Assembly: GCA_963845755.1 (NCBI GenBank)
Contig: CAWJTV010000009.1
Coordinates: forward strand, 32,001 to 96,000
Length of the DNA: 64,000 nt
Direction: 5' to 3'
Source of the DNA: an uncultured Planctomycetota bacterium
Lineage (GTDB): Bacteria; Planctomycetota; Planctomycetia; Isosphaerales; Isosphaeraceae
Position 1 is the first letter of the stretch. Every line of letters starts with the position of its first letter. Shown here in pieces: positions 1-9,435 of the stretch. A program made the position numbers and the translations under genes. Below the pieces are notes generated by a model. That model made no database searches and was not told the origin of the DNA. It saw only the letters and a program-made list of their open reading frames with translations.

Positions 1-1
1 C

Positions 2-1036
2 TCGAACGGATCGCTCTCCGACGCGCTGGCGGATCTGGACGCGATGCGGACCGCCGGGTTGGCCGCGTTCGGGAAGGCGGCCACGCCCGAGGCGGTCGAG
101 GCGGCGCGCGTCGAATACCTCGGCCAGAAGAATGGGCGGGTCAAGGTCGCCCAGGAGCGACTGAAATCGCTTGAGCCCGCCTCGCGGAAGGAATACGGCC
201 AGCGATTCAACGCCGCCAAGGGCGAGCTGGAAGCCGCCCTGGAGGCCGCCCGGTCGCGCATGGAACGGAAGGCGGTCGTCGCGGCTGGGCTCGACGTGAC
301 GCTGCCGGGAATCCTGCCCCGCCTGGGACACCGTCATCCCCTGACCCAGACCGCCGACGAGCTGATCGACCTGTTCGGACGGTTCGGGTTCGCCGTGGCA
401 CGGGGGCCGGAGGTCGAGGACACCTACCACAATTTCGATGCCCTGAACATCCCGCCCAGCCATCCGGCCCGCGATCCACTCGACAACTTCTACCTGGCCG
501 TCGGCCGACGGGCCGAAGTCCATGCCGTCTCACGGAGCTCCATGCTCCGCAGCCAGACCAGTACGGTGCAGATCCGGGTGATGGAAGCCCAGGCACCCCC
601 GGTGCGAGTGATTGCGATCGGGCGCGTCTATCGGCCCGATACCGTGGACGCGACCCACTCGTTCATGTTCCACCAGGTCGAAGGGTTGATGGTCGACCGG
701 GGTGTGACCATGGCCGACCTCAAGTCGGTCCTCCGCCTCTTCGCCCGGAGTTACCTGGGCCGGGACGTCAAGATCCGCTTCCGCCCCTCGTTCTTTCCGT
801 TCACCGAGCCGAGCGTCGAGGTCGATATGCTCTGGCATGGCGGCGCCCGTTGGGTTGAAATGGGGGGAGCGGGCATGGTCAACCCCAATGTCCTCCGCGC
901 CGTCGGTTATGATCCGGAGGAGGTGACGGGCTTCGCGTTCGGACTGGGCATCGAGCGGCTCTGCATGCGGCGCCACGGGATCGATGATATCCGCCTGCTG
1001 TACCAGAATGATGTGCGTTTCTTGCGGCAGTTCTGA
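2..1036 (+). CDS. pheS: Phenylalanine--tRNA ligase alpha subunit (5' end probably runs off the window)
   Basis: Motifs GHRHP, NFDALNIPPSHPARD, LRSQTS, FHQVEG, FRPSFFPFTEPS, GFAFGLGIERL; the frame is open back to base 2. Confidence 0.97.
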   Translation, partial: SNGSLSDALADLDAMRTAGLAAFGKAATPEAVEAARVEYLGQKNGRVKVAQERLKSLEPASRKEYGQRFNAAKGELEAALEAARSRMERKAVVAAGLDVTLPGILPRLGHRHPLTQTADELIDLFGRFGFAVARGPEVEDTYHNFDALNIPPSHPARDPLDNFYLAVGRRAEVHAVSRSSMLRSQTSTVQIRVMEAQAPPVRVIAIGRVYRPDTVDATHSFMFHQVEGLMVDRGVTMADLKSVLRLFARSYLGRDVKIRFRPSFFPFTEPSVEVDMLWHGGARWVEMGGAGMVNPNVLRAVGYDPEEVTGFAFGLGIERLCMRRHGIDDIRLLYQNDVRFLRQF

Positions 1037-1208
1037 TGCGATTCCCCGGGCCTTCACCGGATCTGAGTCGCACCAGCCCGCTTCGCCGCATCGAGGATGG
1101 ACAGTCCCCGGACCTCGAGAAAAGGAAGTCGTCGCCGTGTCGAGACGCGACCGCGGTTCGCGTCGTTCAACCGCCCGAAATCATCGTCTTGTCGTCGAGG
1201 TCCCAGCC

Positions 1209-1445
1209 ATGGACACCGAATTGAGCCGAGTGATTGTGACGATCAGCGGGAGCTCTTCGACCGCTAGCGTTCATCACCGAGATTTCCCCGAAATCCGGGC
1301 GGAAGGCGGTTCGCCCCAGGAGGCGGCCTCCTATCTGATCAACCAGTTGACTCGAGCCCTGGATTCGGCACTGACCGACTGGCGGCGCGATCGAGTGAAC
1401 GAGGCGATCGCGGACGTGAAGGCGTTCGTCGATCAGCAATCCTAA
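1209..1445 (+). CDS. Small hypothetical protein (78 aa)
   Basis: ATG at 1209 preceded by GAGG; protein-like composition (HHRDFPEIRAEGGSPQEAA); lies between pheS and the permease. Confidence 0.65.
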   Translation: MDTELSRVIVTISGSSSTASVHHRDFPEIRAEGGSPQEAASYLINQLTRALDSALTDWRRDRVNEAIADVKAFVDQQS

Positions 1446-1471
1446 CTCATCAGGAGAGTCATCGCGCTGCG

Positions 1472-3037
1472 ATGTCGCTGCCCATGACCACCGAAACCGC
1501 CGAATCTCGGCCCGCATCCGGCCCGAAGGGGTTGGTGCGCGAGCTGGGCACGATCGACGCCACCATGATCGTCATGGGGGCGATGATCGGCTCGGGGATC
1601 TTCATCACCTCGGCCGAATCGGCCCGGCTGGTCGGAACGCCCGGCTTGCTGCTGGGGGTGTGGGCCGTCTCCGGGTTGATGACGATTCTGGGATCGCTCT
1701 GCGCCGCCGAGATCGCGGCGATGATGCCTCGCGCCGGGGGTCAGTACGTCTTCCTCCGCGAGGCATACAGTCCCCTGTTCGGTTTCCTGTTCGGCTGGGC
1801 CATGTTCCTGGTCGTGCAGACCGGGACGATCGCGGCGGTCTCGGTCGCGTTCGCCAAGTTCCTCGGCGTCTTCTTTCCCGCGATCACGGCCGATCTCTAT
1901 GTCGTGGAACCGATCCACCTGGGCATTCTGGCCGTCAGCCTCTCGAGACAACAGCTCGTTGCCGTCGTCCTGATCGCCTTCCTGACGGCCGTGAACATGC
2001 TGGGCCTGAAACTCGGCAAGTGGATCCAGAACACGTTCACCTTCACCAAGACGGCCGCATTGCTGGGCCTGATCGTGGTCGGGCTCTGGGTGGGTAGCAA
2101 CCGCGAGAGCGCGGCCTGGACATCGTCGTGGTGGAACCCGGCGGCCAACGGTTGGGATTCGAAGACGGCACTCCCGGGCATGCCCTTGGAGGGTCCGACC
2201 GCTCTGCTCCTCTTGTTCGGGCTGGCCATGATCGGGCCGCTGTTCTCCCAGTCGGCATGGAACAACGTGACGTTCACCGGCTCGGAAACCCGCGACCCGG
2301 GCCGCACGTTTCCCCGCGCGATGATCCTCGGCTGTTCCACCGTGGTCCTGCTTTACTTCCTGGCGAACATCGCCTACATCGTGACTCTTCCCCTGGGCGG
2401 AATCCAGGGGGCGAAGAACGACCGGGTCGGCACGGCCACGCTCGAGGCCATCATGGGCCCGCGCGGCGAAGCGATCATGGCCGGCGCGATCATGATCTCG
2501 ACGTTCGGCTGCGTCAACGGCCTGATCCTGGCCGGGGCGCGCGTCTATTATGCCATGGCCCGCGACGCCCTCTTCTTCCGTAGTGTCGCCACGACGAATC
2601 GCTTCCATGTGCCGGCGGTTGCGCTGCTCGCGCAGGGGCTCTGGGCGGCGCTGCTGGCCCTCCCCGTGACGGTCTCGCACAAGCCCGTGCCGGGGATGAT
2701 CAAGTACGGCGACCACTACTACGGGAACCTCTACAATGAGCTCCTGGATTATGTGGTCCCCGTCGATGTTTGCTTCTACGCACTGTTTGTCGGCGGCGTG
2801 ATCGCCCTGCGGCGGAAACTGCCCGATTTGCCCCGACCGTACCGGGCGGTCGGTTACCCGATCCCCGTCCTGATCTACCTGGGCCTGGCGCTCCTGCTGG
2901 TGCTCGATTTCATCTACCTGAAGCCCTTGCGGGCCGGGATGGGCTATCTCATCGTCCTGGCGGGCATCCCGGTTTACCTGGTCTGGTCGCGGCGGTCGGC
3001 CGCGAGATCGGCCGCTCTCGAGACGATAGCGAGTTGA
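1472..3037 (+). CDS. APC-family amino acid permease
   Basis: GAMIGSGIF, PRAGGQYVFLREAY, RPYR motifs; about 12 hydrophobic segments; AGGAG upstream. Confidence 0.93.
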   Translation: MSLPMTTETAESRPASGPKGLVRELGTIDATMIVMGAMIGSGIFITSAESARLVGTPGLLLGVWAVSGLMTILGSLCAAEIAAMMPRAGGQYVFLREAYSPLFGFLFGWAMFLVVQTGTIAAVSVAFAKFLGVFFPAITADLYVVEPIHLGILAVSLSRQQLVAVVLIAFLTAVNMLGLKLGKWIQNTFTFTKTAALLGLIVVGLWVGSNRESAAWTSSWWNPAANGWDSKTALPGMPLEGPTALLLLFGLAMIGPLFSQSAWNNVTFTGSETRDPGRTFPRAMILGCSTVVLLYFLANIAYIVTLPLGGIQGAKNDRVGTATLEAIMGPRGEAIMAGAIMISTFGCVNGLILAGARVYYAMARDALFFRSVATTNRFHVPAVALLAQGLWAALLALPVTVSHKPVPGMIKYGDHYYGNLYNELLDYVVPVDVCFYALFVGGVIALRRKLPDLPRPYRAVGYPIPVLIYLGLALLLVLDFIYLKPLRAGMGYLIVLAGIPVYLVWSRRSAARSAALETIAS

Positions 3038-3046
3038 GCATCCCCG

Positions 3047-5064
3047 ATGATCGTAAGTTGGAACTGGCTGACCGACTACCTCCGGCTCGACATGGCGGTC
3101 GAGGTCTTGACCGAGCGATTGGCCCTCACGGGCCTGAACCTCGAATCGATCGAGGACGTCGGCGGCGACATCGCCATCGACCTGGAGGTCACGAGCAACC
3201 GCCCGGATTGCCTGGGTCACCTGGGCGTCGCCCGGGAGATCTCCGTCCTGTTCGACAAGAATCTCTGCGTCTCCGACCCGCGGCCGGCGACGATGGAGAC
3301 GCCGGTCGAGACCCAGACCGGGGTCACCATCGAAGACGGCGACCTGTGCCCGAGGTTCACCGCGCGGGTGGTCTCGGGCGTGACCGTGGGCGAGAGTCCC
3401 TGGTGGCTCCGCAAGCGGCTGGAGACGATCGGCGTCAAGGCGATCAGCAACATCGTCAACGTGACCAACTACGTCATGTTCGAGTGTGGTCAGCCCTTGC
3501 ACGCCTACGACCTCGACCGGCTTGCCGACCGCCGGCTGATCGTCCGACCGCGCGATCCGGCGAGAAGCTCACGGCGATCAATAACAAGATCTATGATCTC
3601 CAGACCGAGATGCTCGTGATCGCGGATGCCGAGCGTCCCGTGGGGCTCGCGGGCGTCATGGGCGGGCTCGAGACCGAGATTGCCCACGACACGACCAACG
3701 TCCTGATCGAGGCCGCTCAGTTCGATGCCATGTCGGTGCGGCGGACCTCGCGGGCGCTGGGCCTGTTCAGTCCGTCGAGCTTCCGGTTCGAGCGGCCATT
3801 GGATCCCGAGGGCACCGAGTGGGCCAGTCGTCGTTGCGCCGAGCTGATCCGGGAAGTCGGCGGCGGGACGCTCCATCCCGGAGTGATCGATGTCGGCCGG
3901 CGCCCGGCGGAACGAACGACGATCACGTTGCGGCTCGGCCAGATCGAGCGAATCCTGGGGATCCGCATCGACCGGGCGGCGGCCGCGCGGATCCTCAAAG
4001 CGCTGGGATTGGAGTCCCTCGGTGAGGACGAGCGGTCGCTGACCGTCCGTCCGCCGAGCTGGCGGAGCGACCTGGAGCGCGAGATCGACCTGATCGAGGA
4101 GGTCGCGCGGATCCACGGTTACGAACACATCCCCGAGGACCGGGCGGTCCCGCTGACGAGCGCCCGCGCGGCCAGCACGAGCGGGTCGAGTCGGTCGTCC
4201 GCGATTTCCTGACCGGCGCCGGCTTCGACGAAGCCGTGACATTCAGCCTGGTCGAAGAGCGGCTTGGTGCCCCCCTCCAGCCCGGTCCCGCTTCGCCGCC
4301 GTTGCGCGTGGACCATTCCAGCCGCAAGCGCGAGAGTGCCCTGCGCCAGAGCCTGGTGCCCAGCCTGCTGTCGGTCCGTCTCCACAACGAGTCGCACGGT
4401 CAGTTCGACGCCGAGCTCTTCGAGATCGCCGACGTCTACCTCCCCAGGAACGACCGGAAACTTCCCGACGAACCGACGCGGCTGGCGATCCTCGGCAATC
4501 GCGATTTCCGGGCCCTCAAGGGGGTCGTCGAGGGCCTGTTGCGACGACTGCACGCCGGCAGCGCATTGATCGCACGTCCGGCCGAGATCGCGCTGTTTGC
4601 CCCCGGGCGGGCCGCCGAGTTACTCCTGGGAGACACCCACCTGGGTTACCTGGGCGAGATCGACCCCAGCCAGCTCCAGGCGTTCGAGCTTCGCGAAGCG
4701 TGCGCGGCGGCCGAGCTGGAGTTCGGTGTCCTATTACAAGAGGCGCGACTGGTGGCGCAGCATCATCCTCTGCCACCATTCCCCGCCGTCGTGCGCGATC
4801 TCTCGCTGGAACTGGCGCAAGATTTGCCCTGGGGGGAGTTGTCGGAAACCGTCGTGCGAGCCGCCGGCCCGAGCTTCGAAATCGGTCCAGTACCTGGATA
4901 CGTTTCGAGGGGGAAACCTGCCGGAGGGCCAGCAGAGCGTCCATTTCAGCATGGTGTTTCGGCACCCGGAGCGGACCCTGACCAGCGAGGAAGTCGAAGA
5001 TGCCGTCCGGTCGGTCGTGGCGGGATGTGAGGCTCGGTTCCGGGCGAAGCTGCGTTCTCGCTGA
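3047..5064 (+). CDS. pheT: Phenylalanine--tRNA ligase beta subunit, short form; three frameshifts (~3548, ~4167, ~4875), probably sequencing errors
   Basis: MIVSWNWL, EVTSNRPDCLG, GQPLHAYD, GLAGVMGG, PSWRSDLEREIDLIEEVARIHGY, LRQSLVPSLL and C-terminal FRHPERTLT, spread over successive frames. Confidence 0.93.
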
Positions 5065-5281
5065 GGCGCTTCACGAATCAGATGCGTACCCCCCGGCGCC
5101 GGCGCGGCGCAGTGCCCAACCCGAGCGTGGAGGCGCTCCAGGGCCGTTCACCAGATAACAGGTGGAATAGCAGGTGTAGCAACCGTACACTACATTCATC
5201 AACGTCAATTCAATAAATAAAATATTCCAATATTTTCATTATATTAGTTCTGTAATGCAATCCGTCCGTGAAGCACTCTAG
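5062..5281. mobile_element. AT-rich MITE-like insertion immediately after pheT
   Basis: Left end TGAGGCGCTTCACGAA; reverse complement of right end TAGAGTGCTTCACGGA; ends at CTAG 5278-5281; very AT-rich interior 5190-5256. Confidence 0.5.
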
Positions 5282-5298
5282 CCCTCGAGGACCAACCT

Positions 5299-6867
5299 GT
5301 GAACCCGCTCAAAGAATGGCGATCGTGGGTCCTGGTGCTGCTCCTGGTCGGGCCGGTGCTCGTGTACATGGGCCTGGGGATGCTCTGGCTCTGGGAGCAC
5401 GGCTGGGTCATCTTGAGCGTCGCCACGGGACTGTGGGTGATCACGGGGATTGTATTCTCGGTGCTGGCGGCCCGGTGGACGCGGTCGACCCACCCGATGA
5501 TGCCCCCGCTGGACTGGGAAGCGCCCAGACCTTCGGGCCGCTCGATCGCGATGCCTGGAAGCTCGTGCAGGATGCGGCCGATCAAGGGGAGAGCCAGACG
5601 TTCGAGGCCCTGCTGGAGGCCGATGCCTACATCAATTCGGGCCGGCAACTCTTCCAGCGCCTGGCCGTACATTATCATCCCCTGGCGGCCAATCCGATCG
5701 ACGACGTCCCGCTCGTCGAGCTCTTGGCCGCACTGGAGCTCGCCGCGGAGGACCTCACGCGGCTCTGCCGTCAGATCCCTGGCGGCGACCTGGTCACGCT
5801 TGCCCATTACCGGAAGGCCGTCCAGGTTGCCGGCTACATTTCCCGGGCCAACGACCTCTACTCGTATCTCCTGCCGTTCCTCAGTCCCGTCGGCGGCCTG
5901 GCCCGGTGGGGCTCCCGGGAGTGGATCGTGAAGCCGGCCTGGAAGTCGATGCAGCAGAACATGTTGCGCTGGTTCTATCGGGCCTACCTCAACCGGCTGG
6001 GAGCCCACCTGATCGAGTTGTTGAGCGGACGGCTGGCCATCGGCGCCGAGAGGTACCGGCGATTGACCCGCAAGGCGGCACGTGGCGTCCGAGGCGGAGA
6101 CGGAAGGCACGCAGCCGTTGACCATCAGCGTGGCCGGGAGCCATGAGTCGGGGAAGTCGCCGCTGGTGGCCCGGATCCGGGAGGTCTGTGCCGGCGATCT
6201 GACGCTACTCAAGGCGCGCCTGGCCGGTCTCGCGGTCGAGCCGGAACTGCTCGACCAGCTCCGCGATGCGAAATGGGTCGAGGCGCCCGACTACACGACC
6301 TGGACCGATTCCGAGGGCCGCCGGGACCGCGCCAAACGCCAGGCCGCCGTCGAGGCGGCCGTCGACGGAGACTTGCTCGTCCTGGTGATCGACGGCCGAC
6401 AGAAGAGCGATCAGGCCGACGTGGCGTTCGCCCAGGCGTGGGACCGCTGGTTCATCGAGCACCCACGCGTCGAGGCCCCGCCGAGCCTGGTCGTGATCAC
6501 CGGCGTGGAGGGCGCCGAGTTCGGCAACGGCTGGCAACCCCCCTATGACTGGACCGCCGGTACGGGCGCCCGCGAGATCGCCGTCCGCGCCCGCATCGAC
6601 GCCCTGCGTGCGATCCTGCCGCCGTCGTTCGCCGAGTTCGTCGCCGTCGGGCTCTCCGATCAACACCTTCACGGCGTGTTCGAGTACGTCCTGCCGGCGC
6701 TGGTGACCCAGTTGCATCGCGCCGAGCGGACGGCCCTGCTCCGCCGGCTCCACGAGTTGGGCGAACGGTCGAAAGTCGGACGTCTTGTCCGCCAGCTCGG
6801 CAAGCAAGGCCGGGCTGTCTGGAGCGGCCTCAGGGCCCGGCGCAAGACGCCGTCCGCATCGCCCTGA
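5299..6867 (+). CDS. Membrane-anchored P-loop (GTPase-like) protein; frameshifts at ~5522 and ~6085
   Basis: Two N-terminal TM helices, then a helical region, then Walker-A-like GSHESGKS and LLVLVIDG; pieces in ORFs 5299, 5268 and 6082. Confidence 0.7.
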
Positions 6868-7171
6868 ACCCGCCGGCGCGACCTGGCGGGCGAACGGGTC
6901 GCGAGAACTCATCCTGGTTTGGATTACACGTCCCCGATGTCCTCGGTCGAACCCCCCTACCCTCACTGGGGTCGGTTTCTTTCTTTGGATGGAGACCTGG
7001 CCTGGGAGCTGATGAACGCCGTTCTGGGCCGAGTCATCACGGCTCGTTGATTGTGACGCGCTTTCTTTCAAACCGGCAAGCGATTTGCTGATATCTCGAA
7101 TCAAAGCAATCCGACCGGCGACTTCCGCCGGACGATTGATCTCAATTGGGCTCTTGCCAGGAGGACGCATC

Positions 7172-7714
7172 GTGGATATCGACAAGCGCGAGAAGAAAGT
7201 CGACCTGCCGCCCAAGGGCAGCCGCAATCCCGACCCCATCACCGACGCGCCGGGCTCGCATCCCATCGAAACCGGCATCGGGGCCGCTGTGGCCGGGGCC
7301 GCCAGCGGAGTGGCTGTCGGCGCGGTCACGGGCCCCGTCGGTGCCGCTGTCGGTGCGGCCGTGGGCGCCGTCGCCGGTGGCTATGCCGGCAAGGGGGTCG
7401 GCGAGCTGATCGACCCGACGACCGAGGACAACTGGCTCCGCGACAATTTTAGTTCGCGTCCCTACGTGCATCCGGGGGATACGTTCGAGACGTATGAGCC
7501 CGCCTATCGCTATGGAGCCGAGGGCGAGCTGAATTTCCCGGAGATGGACTTCGACGCGATCGACGATAAGCTCGAGAACAAGTGGTACGACAAGGGAGCC
7601 GTGATTCCGTGGGAGCACGCCCGCGGGGCCGTCAAGGACTCCTACGAGCGTGCTCGTCAGATCCGCAGGGAACGGGCGGAAGCGGCCCTCGCTGAGCCGG
7701 TCCTGGAAGACTGA
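7172..7714 (+). CDS. Glycine-zipper hypothetical protein, copy 1
   Basis: GTG start after AGGAGGA; RNPDPITDAPGSHP followed by GAAVAGAASGVAVGAVTGPVGAAVGAAVGAVAGG zipper. Confidence 0.85.
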   Translation: MDIDKREKKVDLPPKGSRNPDPITDAPGSHPIETGIGAAVAGAASGVAVGAVTGPVGAAVGAAVGAVAGGYAGKGVGELIDPTTEDNWLRDNFSSRPYVHPGDTFETYEPAYRYGAEGELNFPEMDFDAIDDKLENKWYDKGAVIPWEHARGAVKDSYERARQIRRERAEAALAEPVLED

Positions 7715-7737
7715 AGAACGACGACGAAGACGCAAAG

Positions 7738-7777
7738 AGCCGCCCTCCCGGGTCATCCCGGGTGGCGCGGCTTTTTT
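7738..7777 (+). terminator. Rho-independent terminator
   Basis: AGCCGC..CCCGGG-TCAT-CCCGGG..GCGGCT stem followed by a T tract. Confidence 0.8.
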
Positions 7778-8166
7778 CGTTTGACGGGGCGAGACGCCGT
7801 CTTATGCCTTGACGATGGAACCATTAGCCCTACGCCCGCCCCTGGAGTCTCCTCAGTGCATGGCGAGCCGCTACATCCTTGCACGGGGTGGGGACACAGG
7901 GACACAGGATGGGGAAACACAATGCGCCCTCGTTTGCCGCCCCATGCCAAGAAACAAGAAACGAAGTTTGACCCCAGGTCCTCCTATAACCGTGCTCACC
8001 CGGCCCATCGCCACGGTACCTGCTGTCCCGGCAAAAGCACCGAGCCTCAACTCCGCCGCCACGCCTCGGCGATGACCGTCCACGATTCCTCTCCGGACTC
8101 TAAATCGAGGAAGAAAGCCTTCGAGATTGCCGATTCGATGCCCCGGAGCCATCCCCTGATTGCCGA

Positions 8167-8355
8167 TCAATCCTCAGCCGGCGTCGCGGGCGGGCTGGTG
8201 GGCGCCTGACCGGGAGTCGGCTCGGGGTGGGCCGGGAACGGTGATTGCGGCGGCTTCGGCTTCGGAATCTCCGGGAAGTCCGTCGGAGGTGTCGAAGGCA
8301 TCTCCGGCTTGTCGGGCACCGGGATCGCGTCCGGTGCGGGTTTGTCGGGCATCAT
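8167..8355 (-). CDS. Small proline-rich protein
   Basis: GAGGAGG RBS; MMPDKPAPDAIPVPDKPEMPSTPPTDFPEIPKPKPP... Confidence 0.6.
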   Translation of the reverse strand: MMPDKPAPDAIPVPDKPEMPSTPPTDFPEIPKPKPPQSPFPAHPEPTPGQAPTSPPATPAED

Positions 8356-8435
8356 TCGTCCCTCCTCAAACACCGCGGGCCGGGTGTGGCCCCGGCCCGC
8401 TGCGTCGAACTGATATCGGTAATCGGTTGGTCGTA

Positions 8436-8633
8436 TCACTCGGTGGCGTCGTGGATCTTCCTCTTCGCCGCGTCGCCCGCCTGCTCGATCTTGTCGCCGG
8501 CCTGCTGGGCCTTGTCCTTCATCCAGTCCGCCGCCTTTCCGGCTTCCTGGCCGACCTTCCGCCCGGCCTCGTCGGCCTTCTCGGCGACCTTGTGACCGGC
8601 GTCCTTGATCTTCTGCTCGATGGTCTCAGCCAT
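8436..8633 (-). CDS. Small LEA/CsbD-like hydrophilic stress protein
   Basis: AAGGAG RBS; 11-mer-like repeats KDAGHKVAEKADEAGRKVGQEAGKAADWMKDKAQQAGDK. Confidence 0.75.
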   Translation of the reverse strand: MAETIEQKIKDAGHKVAEKADEAGRKVGQEAGKAADWMKDKAQQAGDKIEQAGDAAKRKIHDATE

Positions 8634-8889
8634 GGGAAATCTCCTTGATATGGGTCCTCTCCGAAGCGGAGGACGATGAGTGGAATAAACCGCAAACCCC
8701 GTGCCATCCGATCGTCGAGACGAAACCACCTTGTTGGAGGGTGCTGACAGGGCATGGCGCGGTTGCCACTTGCCGCGATGACCCGGGCACGCTCACGGTT
8801 CGAACTCCGCCTTCAGAACGGAACGTGGCATCAAATTTACAGAAAAATGATCATATGTAGATATTTAAGTATTGCAACTCGTCTTGGAG

Positions 8890-9086
8890 CTAGAGCGCGT
8901 AACGATTGCATTGCGCACGCGCCCGCCGCAGCTAGGGGGAACGATGTCCGGCGGCGGCCCGAAGGGTCGCAGGAACGGCCCCGACAGACGGTAACATGCC
9001 ACACTGTTGGGGCCGTTCCCGCGGCCCTTCAGGCCGCAGAAAATCGGCTGACAGAGTGTGCGCAACCCATCTGTTATGCGCTCTAG
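8890..9086. mobile_element. MITE family A, copy 1
   Basis: TIRs CTAGAGCGCGTAAC ... GTTATGCGCTCTAG; both arms homologous to 33119-33443. Confidence 0.85.
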
Positions 9087-9283
9087 ACCGGCAAAATCAC
9101 TAATAGAGCATCATCAGAAGGACCGATTGATCCGGGTTATCATTTGGCCGAAGGGTCTCCTGGGTCTGACCTGCCAATATCCACCCACCAATGCAGTTGC
9201 CTGGGCGACTGTGCAAACTGGGTGATTTGCAGCCCAGGACCCTAACGGTCTCATGGCCAATCAATTGAGATTTGTCGGTCTAG
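9083..9283. mobile_element. MITE-like element B, sharing a CTAG with each neighbour
   Basis: Left CTAGACCGGCAAAATC; reverse complement of right end CTAGACCGACAAATCTC. Confidence 0.65.
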
Positions 9284-9411
9284 AGCGCTTAACGCTTGAA
9301 TGAAGATCGCCGGACGGAGCCGGCTCCCACAAAATGACGTTGGTCCGGCCGGAAGTCCGGGTGTAGGAGTCTGTCCCCCAACCGTCAGCCACCCAAGCGT
9401 TAATCGCTCTA
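9280..9411. mobile_element. MITE-like element C
   Basis: TAGAGCGCTTAACGCTTG ... CAAGCGTTAATCGCTCTA (17/18 inverted match). Confidence 0.75.
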
Positions 9412-9435
9412 ACGGATCGCCTTCCGGACCAGGTT

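Larger units (their letters stand above)
6119..7919 (+). repeat. Direct duplication, copy 1 (3' part of P-loop gene, glycine-zipper gene, terminator)
   Basis: Aligns by eye with 21051-22336. Confidence 0.92.

Noticed and set aside
1442..3502. Long antisense ORFs (also 11031-12344, 22242-24281, 43349-44944, 54639-56063)
   Set aside because: Shadow ORFs opposite well-supported genes, expected in high-GC DNA
3047..5064. pheT as a pseudogene or programmed frameshift
   Set aside because: Essential gene with intact motifs; no slippery sites evident; the same lesion type occurs in many unrelated genes
8790..8815. GGTTCGAACTCC resembling a tRNA T-loop
   Set aside because: No cloverleaf, acceptor stem or anticodon arm around it
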